Assembly: GCA_041611095.1 (NCBI GenBank)
Contig: JBFINP010000003.1
Span: 2,800 to 66,799, forward strand
Source of the DNA: Acidimicrobiia bacterium
Lineage (GTDB): Bacteria > Actinomycetota > Acidimicrobiia > Spongiisociales > UBA5794
Length of the DNA: 64,000 bases
Reading direction: 5' to 3'
How positions within the stretch are numbered: position 1 is the stretch's first letter; each line of letters begins with the position of its first letter. Below are positions 11,023-19,859 of this stretch, piece by piece. Under the pieces are notes generated by a model. That model was not told the origin of the DNA. It was given only the letters and a program-made list of their open reading frames with translations, and did no database searches. The translations under genes were made by a program, and so were the position numbers.

Positions 11023-11463
11023 CTAGCGGTCGTCGACCGGTGTCACACCCTTCTTCAAGAGGATGTTGCCGTACTTGGCGGTCTCGCCGGTCATGACGAC
11101 GGCGAACGCCAGACGAGCCCGGTCGTAGAAAGCGAACCGGTCGATTCTGGCGATGGCGGGTGCGGCTGCGACGTGGCGGTCGATTGCTTCCCTGTAGGCC
11201 GCTTCGACGGCCGGGTCGAGCGTGTCTCCTTCGACGGCGCTCATCATCACCAACGGATCCTCGACGTAGCGGTCCAGCTCGAAGAGCGGCAGCATCGCAT
11301 CCAGGAGCGTTGGGATCTCGAGGCCATCGGCGCGCAGCACCAGCTCGTTCACCGAGTGGCCGGGGAAGTGGGCATCGGCGAGGACGATCTCGTCGCCGTG
11401 TCCCATCCGGTAGATCGTCGCCAGTAGCTCGGGCGAGAAGGCCGGAGATAATCCCTTGAGCAT
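11023..11463 (-). CDS. RbsD/FucU-family sugar mutarotase/transport-associated protein
   Basis: Frame of ORF 11023..11517, trimmed to ATG 11463. [34 protein letters not shown] is typical of the RbsD/FucU N-terminus. Confidence 0.85.
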   Translation of the reverse strand: MLKGLSPAFSPELLATIYRMGHGDEIVLADAHFPGHSVNELVLRADGLEIPTLLDAMLPLFELDRYVEDPLVMMSAVEGDTLDPAVEAAYREAIDRHVAAAPAIARIDRFAFYDRARLAFAVVMTGETAKYGNILLKKGVTPVDDR

Positions 11464-11572
11464 GTCTTCCCTATGGCGTGGTGCGCCGGAGTAGGCCCGA
11501 CTGGCCCCGCTCGGCATGGACGAGGACTATAGGCCGCGTCACGTGGGAGCTACCGATGAGGTCGATGGGCGT

Positions 11573-12424
11573 TCAGGAGGACCGGCTCCAGCCGTCGGCG
11601 TGGAGTTGGTGCTTCGGGGCGTCGAAATCGGTGCGGTCGAGGAGCCCGGCGACATCATCGATCTCGAGGATCGGGCCGTAGTTGCGGAACTCGCTCCCGG
11701 AGGGGACGGTGAGGCTCCCGTCCGGGAAGACCATGGCGTAGAGCCGGTCGAGGGTCTCGTGGCTCAGCCAGTTGATGCGGTAGGCGTGGGGCGCCGCCTC
11801 TACGTCGCCGCGCAGGGCGGCGAACTCGGCGTCGCTGACGATCACCTGCGGCCAGTCCACGTTGGTGGACATCGAGCGGGGGAACGCCTGGAAGACGTTG
11901 TAGAAGAGGCGCCCCGGTAGCCGATCGGCCCATTGGTCGAGGAGGCGGGCGATGGTGGGTACGTCGTCGAGGTTGGACCGGGTGACCGGCGTCGCCACCT
12001 TGACGTCGATCCCGGGATGGCGCTCGAGCAGTGCGAGCGCCGCCATCACGGCGGCGAAGTGGCCCGGCTCTTTGGTGCGGCGGGACACCTCCTCGGTGGC
12101 GCCGTCTAGCGGCAACGAGATCAGGTCGATGTCATCCCCGTAGGTGTCGAGGAAGTCGGTTGTGAGCCGGTCGCCGGTGGTCGACACCGCCACCTCGAGA
12201 CCGTGGGCGGCGGCGTGGCGGATCAGCTCGCCGAGGTCGGCACGCTGGAGCGGATCGCCGCCGGTGAAGACGATCCGCCGGCTCCCCGTTGCGGCGATCT
12301 TGGCCACGATGGCAAGGGCGGTGGCGGTGTCGGCGCCCGGGATCCCCTGGGGGCCCCAGCAGTAGGCGCACGCCTGGCTGCACTCGGACGTGACATGGAA
12401 GTCGAAAGTGGCGACCGCAGCCAT
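11573..12424 (-). CDS. Radical SAM enzyme with a single [4Fe-4S] cluster; block order resembles viperin/pVip family (hypothesis)
   Basis: CX3CX2C motif in FHVTSECSQACAYCWG, GGE-like motif IVFTGGDPL, and no further Cys, so no SPASM or auxiliary cluster. By-eye collinearity with human viperin blocks: YGDDIDLISLPLDGATEEV vs YGEYLDILAISCDSFDEEV, YNVFQ vs WKVFQ, VIVSDAEFAAL vs FVIGDEEFERF, and a C-terminal ...ADGW. Confidence 0.85.
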   Translation of the reverse strand: MAAVATFDFHVTSECSQACAYCWGPQGIPGADTATALAIVAKIAATGSRRIVFTGGDPLQRADLGELIRHAAAHGLEVAVSTTGDRLTTDFLDTYGDDIDLISLPLDGATEEVSRRTKEPGHFAAVMAALALLERHPGIDVKVATPVTRSNLDDVPTIARLLDQWADRLPGRLFYNVFQAFPRSMSTNVDWPQVIVSDAEFAALRGDVEAAPHAYRINWLSHETLDRLYAMVFPDGSLTVPSGSEFRNYGPILEIDDVAGLLDRTDFDAPKHQLHADGWSRSS

Positions 12425-12526
12425 CCTGCGTCCTTTCCCTCAGAGATGCCTGGACAAGTATCGCGGAGCCCGGCCGGTTCGATATTGCGCAGCGCCTGAG
12501 GTCGCGCACGCTCGTTCGGACACCGG

Positions 12527-12637
12527 TCAGAGCGGCGAGGAGACGTCGCTCTTCACGTCGATGATGTCCCTCGGCTCGAGGAAGTAGCCATTGCCGGCGA
12601 GGAGGTCAGGGGTGGCCCCGTAGAGGTTCGGGGCCAT
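12527..12637 (-). CDS. Unannotated 36-codon ORF directly upstream of the radical SAM gene (MAPNLYGATPDLLAGNGYFLEPRDIIDVKSDVSSPL)
   Basis: Below the ORF-track size cut-off; found by hand. 33 of 35 sense codons after ATG end in G/C, which is a coding-like GC3 pattern. There is no good SD sequence upstream and no alternative start in the 22 upstream codons. It could be a real small protein or peptide, or a fragment of a decayed gene. Confidence 0.3.
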   Translation of the reverse strand: MAPNLYGATPDLLAGNGYFLEPRDIIDVKSDVSSPL

Positions 12638-12689
12638 GGGTACGGAAGCTGCGCGGCGGAGGGCTCCGCCGGCGTGTTCTTCCTTGGCC

Positions 12690-13838
12690 TCACGGCAGCG
12701 GGCGAGCTTCGCTGGGACGGCGGCGAGGAGCGGGCCGATCGCCGTTGAGCGCGGCGTTGCGCACGTCCTCGACGCGCCTGGCGATCACGTACTCGGTGAT
12801 GGCGATCTTCACGAGGGCGGCCACGGGCAGCGCCAGGAGCGCTCCGAGCGCCCCGGCGAGGCTGCCGCCGATCATCAGCGCAAGGATGACGGACGGTGGA
12901 CTCAGATCCACCGCCCGCTTCATCACTCTGGGAGCGATCACGTAGTTCTCGATCTGCTGGTAGACGACGATGAAAACGATGGCGGCGATCATCAGACCGG
13001 TGCCCTCGCTCGCCGCCAGCGCTACGACCGGTGCGGCGCCGAGGAAGACCCCAACTACGGGCACGAGGTCGGTGACACCGATCCACAGCGCAAGTGCAAG
13101 AGGGTACGGAATGCCCATCAGCCACAGCACGCCGAAAGAGACGCCGGTCGCGATCACCGAGACGGTCAGGTTGCCTGCAATGTATCCCGCGACTTTGTCG
13201 ACCGACTGGTTGACCATCCGCAGGAACTCGGGACGGTCTTCCCGGCGCAGCAGCCGCAGCATGAACTGCTTGATCGAGGGAAAGGCGTAAGCGAAGTACG
13301 GGGTGAGGATGAGGACGGTGACGGCGTTGAACGTGGCACCGGCGACGCCGCTGACCGCCGGGAGGAGGCCGGTTGGTCCGGCATCGACCATGGCCGTCCA
13401 ATCGAAGCGGTCGACCAGCGTGGCCAGCGGCCCACCGCCGGCGCGGACGTCGTCGAGGACGGCGGGCAGCGCGGCGATGATCTCGTCGATCTGGGCTATC
13501 AGCATCGGAACCAATGCCAGCAACACGGCCACTGCGGCGGCGACGCCACTCACGAGCACGACGCCCATTGCCTGCCAGCGAGCAAGACCGCGCCGCTCGA
13601 GCCACTCGAGGGATGGTTGCATGCCAAGCGCCAGCACGAACGACGCGATCACTACCAGCAACACGCCCTGGAGCTTCACTGCGAGCAGAACGGAGATGAC
13701 GATCCCGATGACACCGGCGGCGATCTCGAACCAATAACGAGGCGCCGGCCACCTGAGGCCCACCTGGGCCACATTGGGCTCGTCGATTCGATGGGCCTGG
13801 TCGATCATCTGCGGCAGCCCTCCCGGCTCGGCGAACAC
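12690..13838 (-). CDS. AI-2E family transporter (PerM/UPF0118)
   Basis: Track ORF. Polytopic membrane protein with a family-typical C-terminal block ...ALLALPVAALVKI... and a charged tail. Confidence 0.9.
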   Translation of the reverse strand: MFAEPGGLPQMIDQAHRIDEPNVAQVGLRWPAPRYWFEIAAGVIGIVISVLLAVKLQGVLLVVIASFVLALGMQPSLEWLERRGLARWQAMGVVLVSGVAAAVAVLLALVPMLIAQIDEIIAALPAVLDDVRAGGGPLATLVDRFDWTAMVDAGPTGLLPAVSGVAGATFNAVTVLILTPYFAYAFPSIKQFMLRLLRREDRPEFLRMVNQSVDKVAGYIAGNLTVSVIATGVSFGVLWLMGIPYPLALALWIGVTDLVPVVGVFLGAAPVVALAASEGTGLMIAAIVFIVVYQQIENYVIAPRVMKRAVDLSPPSVILALMIGGSLAGALGALLALPVAALVKIAITEYVIARRVEDVRNAALNGDRPAPRRRPSEARPLP

Positions 13839-14054
13839 CTACCCGTGGTCCGCTTCTGCCAAACGTGGACCCGGCGCGGCGCGGGCGCGGCCGTCGTCGA
13901 GTCGAAGACTGGCTCCACACCTTTTCGTGAGGCTCGCCGACACCCAAAGGAAAGGAGACGCTCCCCGGAACGAAGAGCGCCCGCGGAGTACGCTCCCCTG
14001 CACGGTCGGGCTCGCGGCCCGACACCGCGGCTCGCTGGAGAAAGGGACTGATCG

Positions 14055-15455
14055 ATGGCTGACAGGATGCTCATACGGGGCGGAATCGTGCTCACCCAGG
14101 ATCCCGATCTCGGCGAGATGGCGAATGGCGATGTGCTCATCGCGGGCGACACGATCGCCGCGGTCGGCCCGGATCTCGACGCCGGCGACGCCCGGGTCAT
14201 CGATGCGTCAGGCGACATCGTCATCCCCGGGTTCATCGACACCCACCGCCACACCTGGGAGACGTGCATCCGGACCTGCGCACCGGACTTCGCCCTCATC
14301 ACCTATTTCAGCGCGATCCTCGACAAGTTCGCCCCGCACTACCGGCCCGAAGACGTGCACTCGGCGACTCAGTGGGGAGCTCTCGAGTGCATCAACGCCG
14401 GGATCACGACACTGGTCGACTGGGCGCACATCATGAACACGCCTGAGCACGCCGACGCATCGGTGCGCGCATTGCAGGACACCGGGATCAGGTCGGTCTT
14501 CGCCTACGGGTTCCCCAACACATCCCTCGTCGACTGGTGGTTCGGTCCGGACTACGCCGGCAGCGTGCTCACCTCCGACGGCGACGAGGCTCGCCGGCTG
14601 CGCTCGCAGTACTTCAGCTCCGACGACGGCCGGGTCACCATGTCCCTCGCCACGCGGGGACCCGGCTTCTGCAAGCCCGACGTCGTTCGCCACGATTGGG
14701 AGCTCGCCAAGGAGCTCGGCATCAACATCACCGTGCACGTGGCGATGGACCGCTTCGGGTACACCAAAGGTCAGGTCACGACGCTGCGCGACATGGATCT
14801 CCTGTATCCCGGCACTACCTACATCCACGCTTGCCACCTGACCGACGAGGAGTGGGGGCTCGTCCGCGACTCCGGCGGGAACGTCAGCCTCGCTCCGCAG
14901 ATCGAGATCCAGATGGGCCACGGATGGGCGCCGGCGGCCATCGCAACGGACCACGGCGTACCGGTGGGGCTCTCGTCGGACGTGGCGACGACCGCATCGG
15001 CCGACCAGTTCACCCAGATGCACGCCGTGTTCGGATCGGAACGGGGACGCAAGCATCAGGATGCATGGGACAGCGATCTCGACGGCCAGGAGCCTTCGCC
15101 GGGTCTCGTCACCTCACGCCAGGCACTGGCGTGGGCCACCATCGGGGGAGCCGAGGTGGCGGGCATCGCCGACCGCACGGGGTCGCTCACTCCCGGCAAG
15201 AAGGCCGACGTCGTCGTCCTCGACGGGTCCGCGGTGAACATGGCCCCGATCATCGACCCGGTGGGTGCGGTCGTCTGCGCCGCCGACATCTCCAACGTGA
15301 AGACCGTGATCGTCGACGGCGAGGTGCTGAAGGAGGATTTCAAGCTCAAGGCGTCGCTCGATGCGCCCCGTCGTGCGGTCGAGGCATCGCGCGACTACCT
15401 GCTCTCCAAGTTCGGCGAACCCGAACCGGGGTGGCTACCCGCCGACTCGAGCTGA
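14055..15455 (+). CDS. Amidohydrolase-superfamily aminohydrolase (cytosine/guanine deaminase, chlorohydrolase-like)
   Basis: N-terminal LIRGGIVLT...DVLIAGDTIAAVG...IDASGDIVIPGFIDTHRHTWE (metal-binding HxH) and later HACHL and SSDV motifs. Confidence 0.9.
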   Translation: MADRMLIRGGIVLTQDPDLGEMANGDVLIAGDTIAAVGPDLDAGDARVIDASGDIVIPGFIDTHRHTWETCIRTCAPDFALITYFSAILDKFAPHYRPEDVHSATQWGALECINAGITTLVDWAHIMNTPEHADASVRALQDTGIRSVFAYGFPNTSLVDWWFGPDYAGSVLTSDGDEARRLRSQYFSSDDGRVTMSLATRGPGFCKPDVVRHDWELAKELGINITVHVAMDRFGYTKGQVTTLRDMDLLYPGTTYIHACHLTDEEWGLVRDSGGNVSLAPQIEIQMGHGWAPAAIATDHGVPVGLSSDVATTASADQFTQMHAVFGSERGRKHQDAWDSDLDGQEPSPGLVTSRQALAWATIGGAEVAGIADRTGSLTPGKKADVVVLDGSAVNMAPIIDPVGAVVCAADISNVKTVIVDGEVLKEDFKLKASLDAPRRAVEASRDYLLSKFGEPEPGWLPADSS

Positions 15456-15485
15456 ACGACCCCCGGAGCAGCGCACCGCAGCAGC

Positions 15486-16550
15486 TCAGTCGCCGCGCAT
15501 CGCCTCCACCACTGCGTCGAGGGGCATCGCATGAGCGGTCCGCCCCTCGTGGCCCGTCATCGTCTCGGCGGCGCAGAGCGAGTTGAGGATCGCCTCCTCG
15601 GTCGACTCGGCGGCGGCGGCGAAGACCCCGTCGAGCCGGGAGTGGTCCAGCATCTCGACGCTGCGCCGCCCTCGTGAACCGGCGGGCAGGTGGTTGCCGG
15701 TGGCGAAGGCCAGGAAGATGTCGCCGCTCGAGTTGTGGCCGATGCCGCCGACCCGCGCGAGACCCACCGTTGCCCGCTGCGCCACCCTCCGGCACTGGAC
15801 CGGGAGCAGCGGGGCGTCGGTGGCGATGACGACGATGATCGAGCCGGTCGTGCGCTCGGCGGGCCAGGGTGCCGGGACCACGTCGTGGCCGATCCGTTTG
15901 CCGACCGGCGCCCCACTGATGCGCAGCTGGCCGCGCACTCCATAGTTGGACTGCACGAGCGCACCCACCACGAAGTGCTCGTCACCAACGGTGACAACTC
16001 GTGACGCCGTGCCGATCCCGCCCTTGAACTCGTGGCAGATCATGCCCGTCCCGCCGCCGACGTTGCCCTCCGGGACGGGTCCGCCTCGGGCGGTGCGCAG
16101 CGCCTCGAGCGCATGGTCTTCGGTGACGGCGAACGCGGCGATGTCGTTGAGCCAGCCGTCCCAGGTCTCGGCCACGACGGGGAGGAAGAAGTCCTCAGGG
16201 GCATCGATCTCCACCGAGTGCCGCACGAGGGCATCGCGGACGATGCCCACCTGGTGGGTGTTGGTGATCCCGATGGCCGAACCCAGCATCCCCGATTCGG
16301 CGAGCCACAGGAGGCCCGTCGCCTCGCCGTTGCCGTTGAAGACGTGGTGCCCGGCGAAGGCGTAGTCGTGCCAGATCTCGCCGGCGCGGGGGACGACCAT
16401 GGTCACGCCGGTGCGGATGGTGCGGGGCTCGTCGGCCACCAGCGTGGCGTGGCCCACCTGCACCTCCGGTACGTCGGTGATCGCGTTGTGCTCACCCGTT
16501 GGGAGATCGCCGATCGTGATCCCGCGGTCACGGAGCCTTGGGTGCGTCAT
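15486..16550 (-). CDS. DmpA/BapA-type (peptidase family S58/P1) aminopeptidase
   Basis: Only the last 354 codons of the 957-aa track ORF look real. ATG 16550 begins MTHPRLRDRGITIGDLPTGEHNAITDV...TGVT...GNVGGGTGMICHEFKGGIGTAS (self-processing GG/T-S region) ...GGIGHNSSGDIFLAF. Confidence 0.9.
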   Translation of the reverse strand: MTHPRLRDRGITIGDLPTGEHNAITDVPEVQVGHATLVADEPRTIRTGVTMVVPRAGEIWHDYAFAGHHVFNGNGEATGLLWLAESGMLGSAIGITNTHQVGIVRDALVRHSVEIDAPEDFFLPVVAETWDGWLNDIAAFAVTEDHALEALRTARGGPVPEGNVGGGTGMICHEFKGGIGTASRVVTVGDEHFVVGALVQSNYGVRGQLRISGAPVGKRIGHDVVPAPWPAERTTGSIIVVIATDAPLLPVQCRRVAQRATVGLARVGGIGHNSSGDIFLAFATGNHLPAGSRGRRSVEMLDHSRLDGVFAAAAESTEEAILNSLCAAETMTGHEGRTAHAMPLDAVVEAMRGD

Positions 16551-16634
16551 CGCCGGCAAACCTACCGCTTTCCTCGCCGCACCGACCCCCGAGAGCACTA
16601 GCTTTCCGACGTGCGCGATCCAGGAGGGTCGGAA

Positions 16635-18200
16635 ATGAGCGACACCGCAGGATTCCGCGTCACGTACGCCACGATGGCGGCGGACGACGACTCCCTTCAC
16701 GAGGCCTACGACGAGGGGATCGAAGCGGCGCGCAGGAGGCTCGGCGCCGAGCATCCCTTCTACGTCGACGGCGAGGAGCGCATCGGGTCCGGGTTCCGCG
16801 CATCCACGTCCCCGATCGACCACGACGTCGTCGTCGGCGCCTTCGCCCAGGGAAAGGCGGGGGACGTCGCCGATGCGGTCTCGGCCGCCCGTGCCTTCCA
16901 GCCGCACTGGGCGGCGACCGGGTGGCAGGAGCGTGTGGTACTCCTGATGCGCGCCGCCGATCGGATCAGCGAGCGGCGCAACGAGCTGGCGGCCCTCATG
17001 GCCTTCGAGGTCGGTAAGAACCGCCTGGAGGCGCTCGGCGACGTCGAGGAGTCGGCCGACCTGATCCGCTACTACTGCCATGAGATGGAGGCACACGCCG
17101 GCTTCGACCAGCCGATGAAGCGCCTTTCGCCGGTCGAAGCAACCCGGGACGTCATGCTGCCGTACGGGGTGTGGGGGGTCATCTCGCCCTTCAACTTCCC
17201 GATGGCGCTGGCAGCCGGTCCCGCCGGGGCGGCCCTCGTCGCCGGCAACACCGTCGTCCTCAAGCCCTCCAACACCGGTGCGCTCAGCGGGCTCGAGCTG
17301 TGGCGAACGATGATCCAGGCCGGCGTTCCTCCAAGTGCGTTCCACGTCGTCACCGGTGCCGGTCCCGAGGCCGGCGCCGCCCTCGTCGAGCTCGTCGACG
17401 GCATCACCTTCACAGGTTCGTACGAGGTGGGCATGAGCGTGTACCGCACCTTCGCCGGCGCCTACCCGAAGCCCGCCATCTGCGAGATGGGCGGCAAGAA
17501 CCCGGCGATCGTCTCCCGCCACGCCGATCTCGATGTCGCCTCCGACGGCATCATGCGCTCCGCGTTCGGCTTCGGTGGTCAGAAGTGCTCGGCGTGCTCG
17601 CGGGTCTACGTCGAGGCGCCTGCGTACGACGAGCTCATGGACCGGCTCGTCGACAAGACCTCCCGGATCGTCGCCGGCGACCCACTCCAGCGCGGCGTCT
17701 ACCTGGGGCCGGTCATCGACGAAGCAGCGGTTGCGCGCTACCTCGAGGCCGTCACCGAGGTGGAGGGCATCGGGTCCGTGGTCACGGGGGGTCGGCGCCT
17801 CGTCGACGAGGAGATGGCCAAGGGCAGCTACGTCGCCCCCACCATCGTCGAGGCACCCCAGGACTCGTGGGTGTGGCGCCGGGAGTTGTTCGTTCCGTTT
17901 GTCGCCGTCGGCCGCATCGACGACCTCGACGAGGGCCTGGCCCGCGCCAACGACACCGAGTACGGGCTCACCGCCGGGTTCTTCAGCGAGGACGACGAAG
18001 AGATCGACCGCTTCCTCGGCGGCATCCATGCCGGTGTGGTCTACGTCAACCGGCGCGCCGGTGCCACGACAGGCGCCTGGCCCGCCGTGCAGCCATTCGG
18101 AGGGTGGAAGGGGTCGGGCACCGGCGGCAAGGCCGGGGGTGGTCCCTACTACATCGCTCAGTACATGCGGGAGCAGAGCCGGACGATCGTCGGAGGATGA
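16635..18200 (+). CDS. Aldehyde dehydrogenase, 1-pyrroline-5-carboxylate/glutamate-semialdehyde dehydrogenase (RocA/PruA)-like
   Basis: ATG 16635 behind RBS AGGAGG (16622-16627). Motifs ISPFNFP, ICEMGGKNPAIV (catalytic Glu) and FGFGGQKCSACSR (catalytic Cys). Confidence 0.9.
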   Translation: MSDTAGFRVTYATMAADDDSLHEAYDEGIEAARRRLGAEHPFYVDGEERIGSGFRASTSPIDHDVVVGAFAQGKAGDVADAVSAARAFQPHWAATGWQERVVLLMRAADRISERRNELAALMAFEVGKNRLEALGDVEESADLIRYYCHEMEAHAGFDQPMKRLSPVEATRDVMLPYGVWGVISPFNFPMALAAGPAGAALVAGNTVVLKPSNTGALSGLELWRTMIQAGVPPSAFHVVTGAGPEAGAALVELVDGITFTGSYEVGMSVYRTFAGAYPKPAICEMGGKNPAIVSRHADLDVASDGIMRSAFGFGGQKCSACSRVYVEAPAYDELMDRLVDKTSRIVAGDPLQRGVYLGPVIDEAAVARYLEAVTEVEGIGSVVTGGRRLVDEEMAKGSYVAPTIVEAPQDSWVWRRELFVPFVAVGRIDDLDEGLARANDTEYGLTAGFFSEDDEEIDRFLGGIHAGVVYVNRRAGATTGAWPAVQPFGGWKGSGTGGKAGGGPYYIAQYMREQSRTIVGG

Positions 18201-18204
18201 CCGC

Positions 18205-19119
18205 GTGAGCAAGGTCGCCTCGATGCGCGATGCGATTGCGGCGCTGGTGGGCGACGGAGACACGGTCGCCATCGAGGGCTTCACGCACCTCATCTCCTTC
18301 GCTGCCGGGCACGAGATCATCCGCCAGCGGCGCCGCGAGCTCACATTGTGCCGCCTCACCCCGGACCTCGTCTACGACCAGATGGTGGCGGCAGGTGTCG
18401 CCCGCAAGCTCGTCTTCTCGTGGATGGGGAACCCCGGGGTCGGCTCGCTGCACGCCCTGCGCCGGCGCATCGAGCACGCCGATCCTGCGCCTCTCGAGAT
18501 CGAGGAGTACAGCCACTTCGGGATGGTCGGCCGCTATACGGCCGGAGCCGCGGGCCTCCCCTTCTTTCCCCTCCGTAGCTACGCGGGGAGCGATCTCCCC
18601 GCCGCCAACGCCAACATCGTGCCGTTGCCGAGCCCCTATGGCGACGAGACCGTCTACGCCGTACCGCCGCTGAACCCCGACGTCACCATCGTCGCCGTGC
18701 AGCGAGCCACATCCGCCGGCGACGCCCAGGTGTGGGGCCTCACCGGCTGCCAGCAAGAGGCGGCCTTTGCGGCGAAGCGCGTCATCGTCGTGTGCGAGGA
18801 GCTCGTCGACGACGCCGTCGTGCGGGCGGACCCCAACCGCACCCTGATCCCCGGGCTGCTGGTCGATGCCGTCGTCGTCGCCCCACTTGGGTGCCACCCC
18901 TCCTACGCCCAGGGCTACTACGACCGGGACAACGCCTTCTACCTGGCGTGGGACGGCATCAGCCGCAACCCCGCGATCCTCGACCGCTGGCTCGACGAAT
19001 GGGTGTTCGCCCTCGCCGACCACGCCGACTACACCGCCAAGCTGGGCGAGGACCGCTGGCAGTCGCTGGCCCCGGTCCCGGCGCCGTCGGGCCGGGTCGA
19101 CTACGGGAGCTACCGATGA
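18205..19119 (+). CDS. CoA-transferase subunit A (family I, glutaconate/3-oxoacid type)
   Basis: Frame of ORF 17533..19119, trimmed to GTG 18205 behind GGAGGA (18192-18197). VSKVASMRDAIAALVGDGDTVAIEGF is the typical subunit-A N-terminus. Confidence 0.85.
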   Translation: MSKVASMRDAIAALVGDGDTVAIEGFTHLISFAAGHEIIRQRRRELTLCRLTPDLVYDQMVAAGVARKLVFSWMGNPGVGSLHALRRRIEHADPAPLEIEEYSHFGMVGRYTAGAAGLPFFPLRSYAGSDLPAANANIVPLPSPYGDETVYAVPPLNPDVTIVAVQRATSAGDAQVWGLTGCQQEAAFAAKRVIVVCEELVDDAVVRADPNRTLIPGLLVDAVVVAPLGCHPSYAQGYYDRDNAFYLAWDGISRNPAILDRWLDEWVFALADHADYTAKLGEDRWQSLAPVPAPSGRVDYGSYR

Positions 19120-19859
19120 GCGGCTGGTCTGAGACCGAGATGATGGTGATCGCCGCGGCGAGAAGGCTGACGACCGAGCGGGTGTGCTTTGTCGGCATCG
19201 GGTTGCCCAACATCGCATGTGCGCTCGCCAAGCGCACCGTCAATCCCGGGCTCGAGTTGGTCTACGAGTCGGGCGTGTACGGGGCCGATCCGGTGCGGCT
19301 GCCGCTCTCGATCGGCGACCCGACCCTGGCGAGCGGAGCGTCGGCGGTCACCGGGATGTTCCAGCTCTTCGCCTACTACCTGCAGGGCGGAATGGTCGAC
19401 GTGGCTTTCCTCGGTGCAGCCCAGATCGACCCGGTGGGCAACATCAACACGACGGTCATCGGGGACTACGCCGCACCGCAGGTGCGGCTCCCGGGCTCGG
19501 GAGGCGCCTGCGAGATCGGCATCAACGCCGGGAAGCTCTTCGTCGTCATGCGGCAGTCGGCACGTTCCTTCGTCCCGGTGGTCGACTTTGTCACCACGAC
19601 CGGCCATCCACCGGGTGGCCGCCCCCACGGGTGGGGGGCCGGTCCGACGCTCGTCGTCACCCAGCTCGGTGTCTACGAGTTCACCGGCGGTCGCATGCAG
19701 GTCGAGAGCATTCACCCGGGGGTCGCGCTCGACGACGTACGGGCGGCGTGCGGCTGGGACCTCGCCGTGCCGGCCACGGTGGCGGAGACACCGCCGCCCA
19801 CCGCCCCCGAACTCGCTGCAGTGCGGGACCTCGATCCGGATCGGACCTACCTCGGATGA
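19116..19859 (+). CDS. CoA-transferase subunit B
   Basis: ATG 19116 overlaps the upstream TGA (ATGA). Motifs MVIAAARRL...VCFVGIGLPN...LPGSGGACEI and AFLGAAQIDPVGNIN. Confidence 0.85.
   Translation: MSGWSETEMMVIAAARRLTTERVCFVGIGLPNIACALAKRTVNPGLELVYESGVYGADPVRLPLSIGDPTLASGASAVTGMFQLFAYYLQGGMVDVAFLGAAQIDPVGNINTTVIGDYAAPQVRLPGSGGACEIGINAGKLFVVMRQSARSFVPVVDFVTTTGHPPGGRPHGWGAGPTLVVTQLGVYEFTGGRMQVESIHPGVALDDVRAACGWDLAVPATVAETPPPTAPELAAVRDLDPDRTYLG

Noticed and set aside
12466-12500. GGTTCGAT T-loop-like sequence, considered as a possible tRNA
   Set aside because: No complementary T-stem, acceptor stem or anticodon arm can be drawn around it.
13954-13996. Two small ACG-containing hairpins, considered as a guanidine-II (mini-ykkC) riboswitch
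   Set aside because: The loops are ACG (triloop) and UACG, not the ACGR tetraloops of mini-ykkC. The downstream gene is also not a guanidine exporter or carboxylase. I kept this only as a generic structured leader.
12553-14025. 490-aa minus-strand ORF and 471-aa plus-strand ORF overlapping the AI-2E transporter
   Set aside because: These are extremely Arg/Pro-rich alternative-frame and antisense readings of a clear membrane-protein gene.
16551-18359. Upstream 600 codons of the 957-aa minus-strand ORF 15486..18359
   Set aside because: Only the last 354 codons (the DmpA-type peptidase from ATG 16550) have family motifs. The rest is antisense to the ALDH gene and has a shadow-ORF composition.
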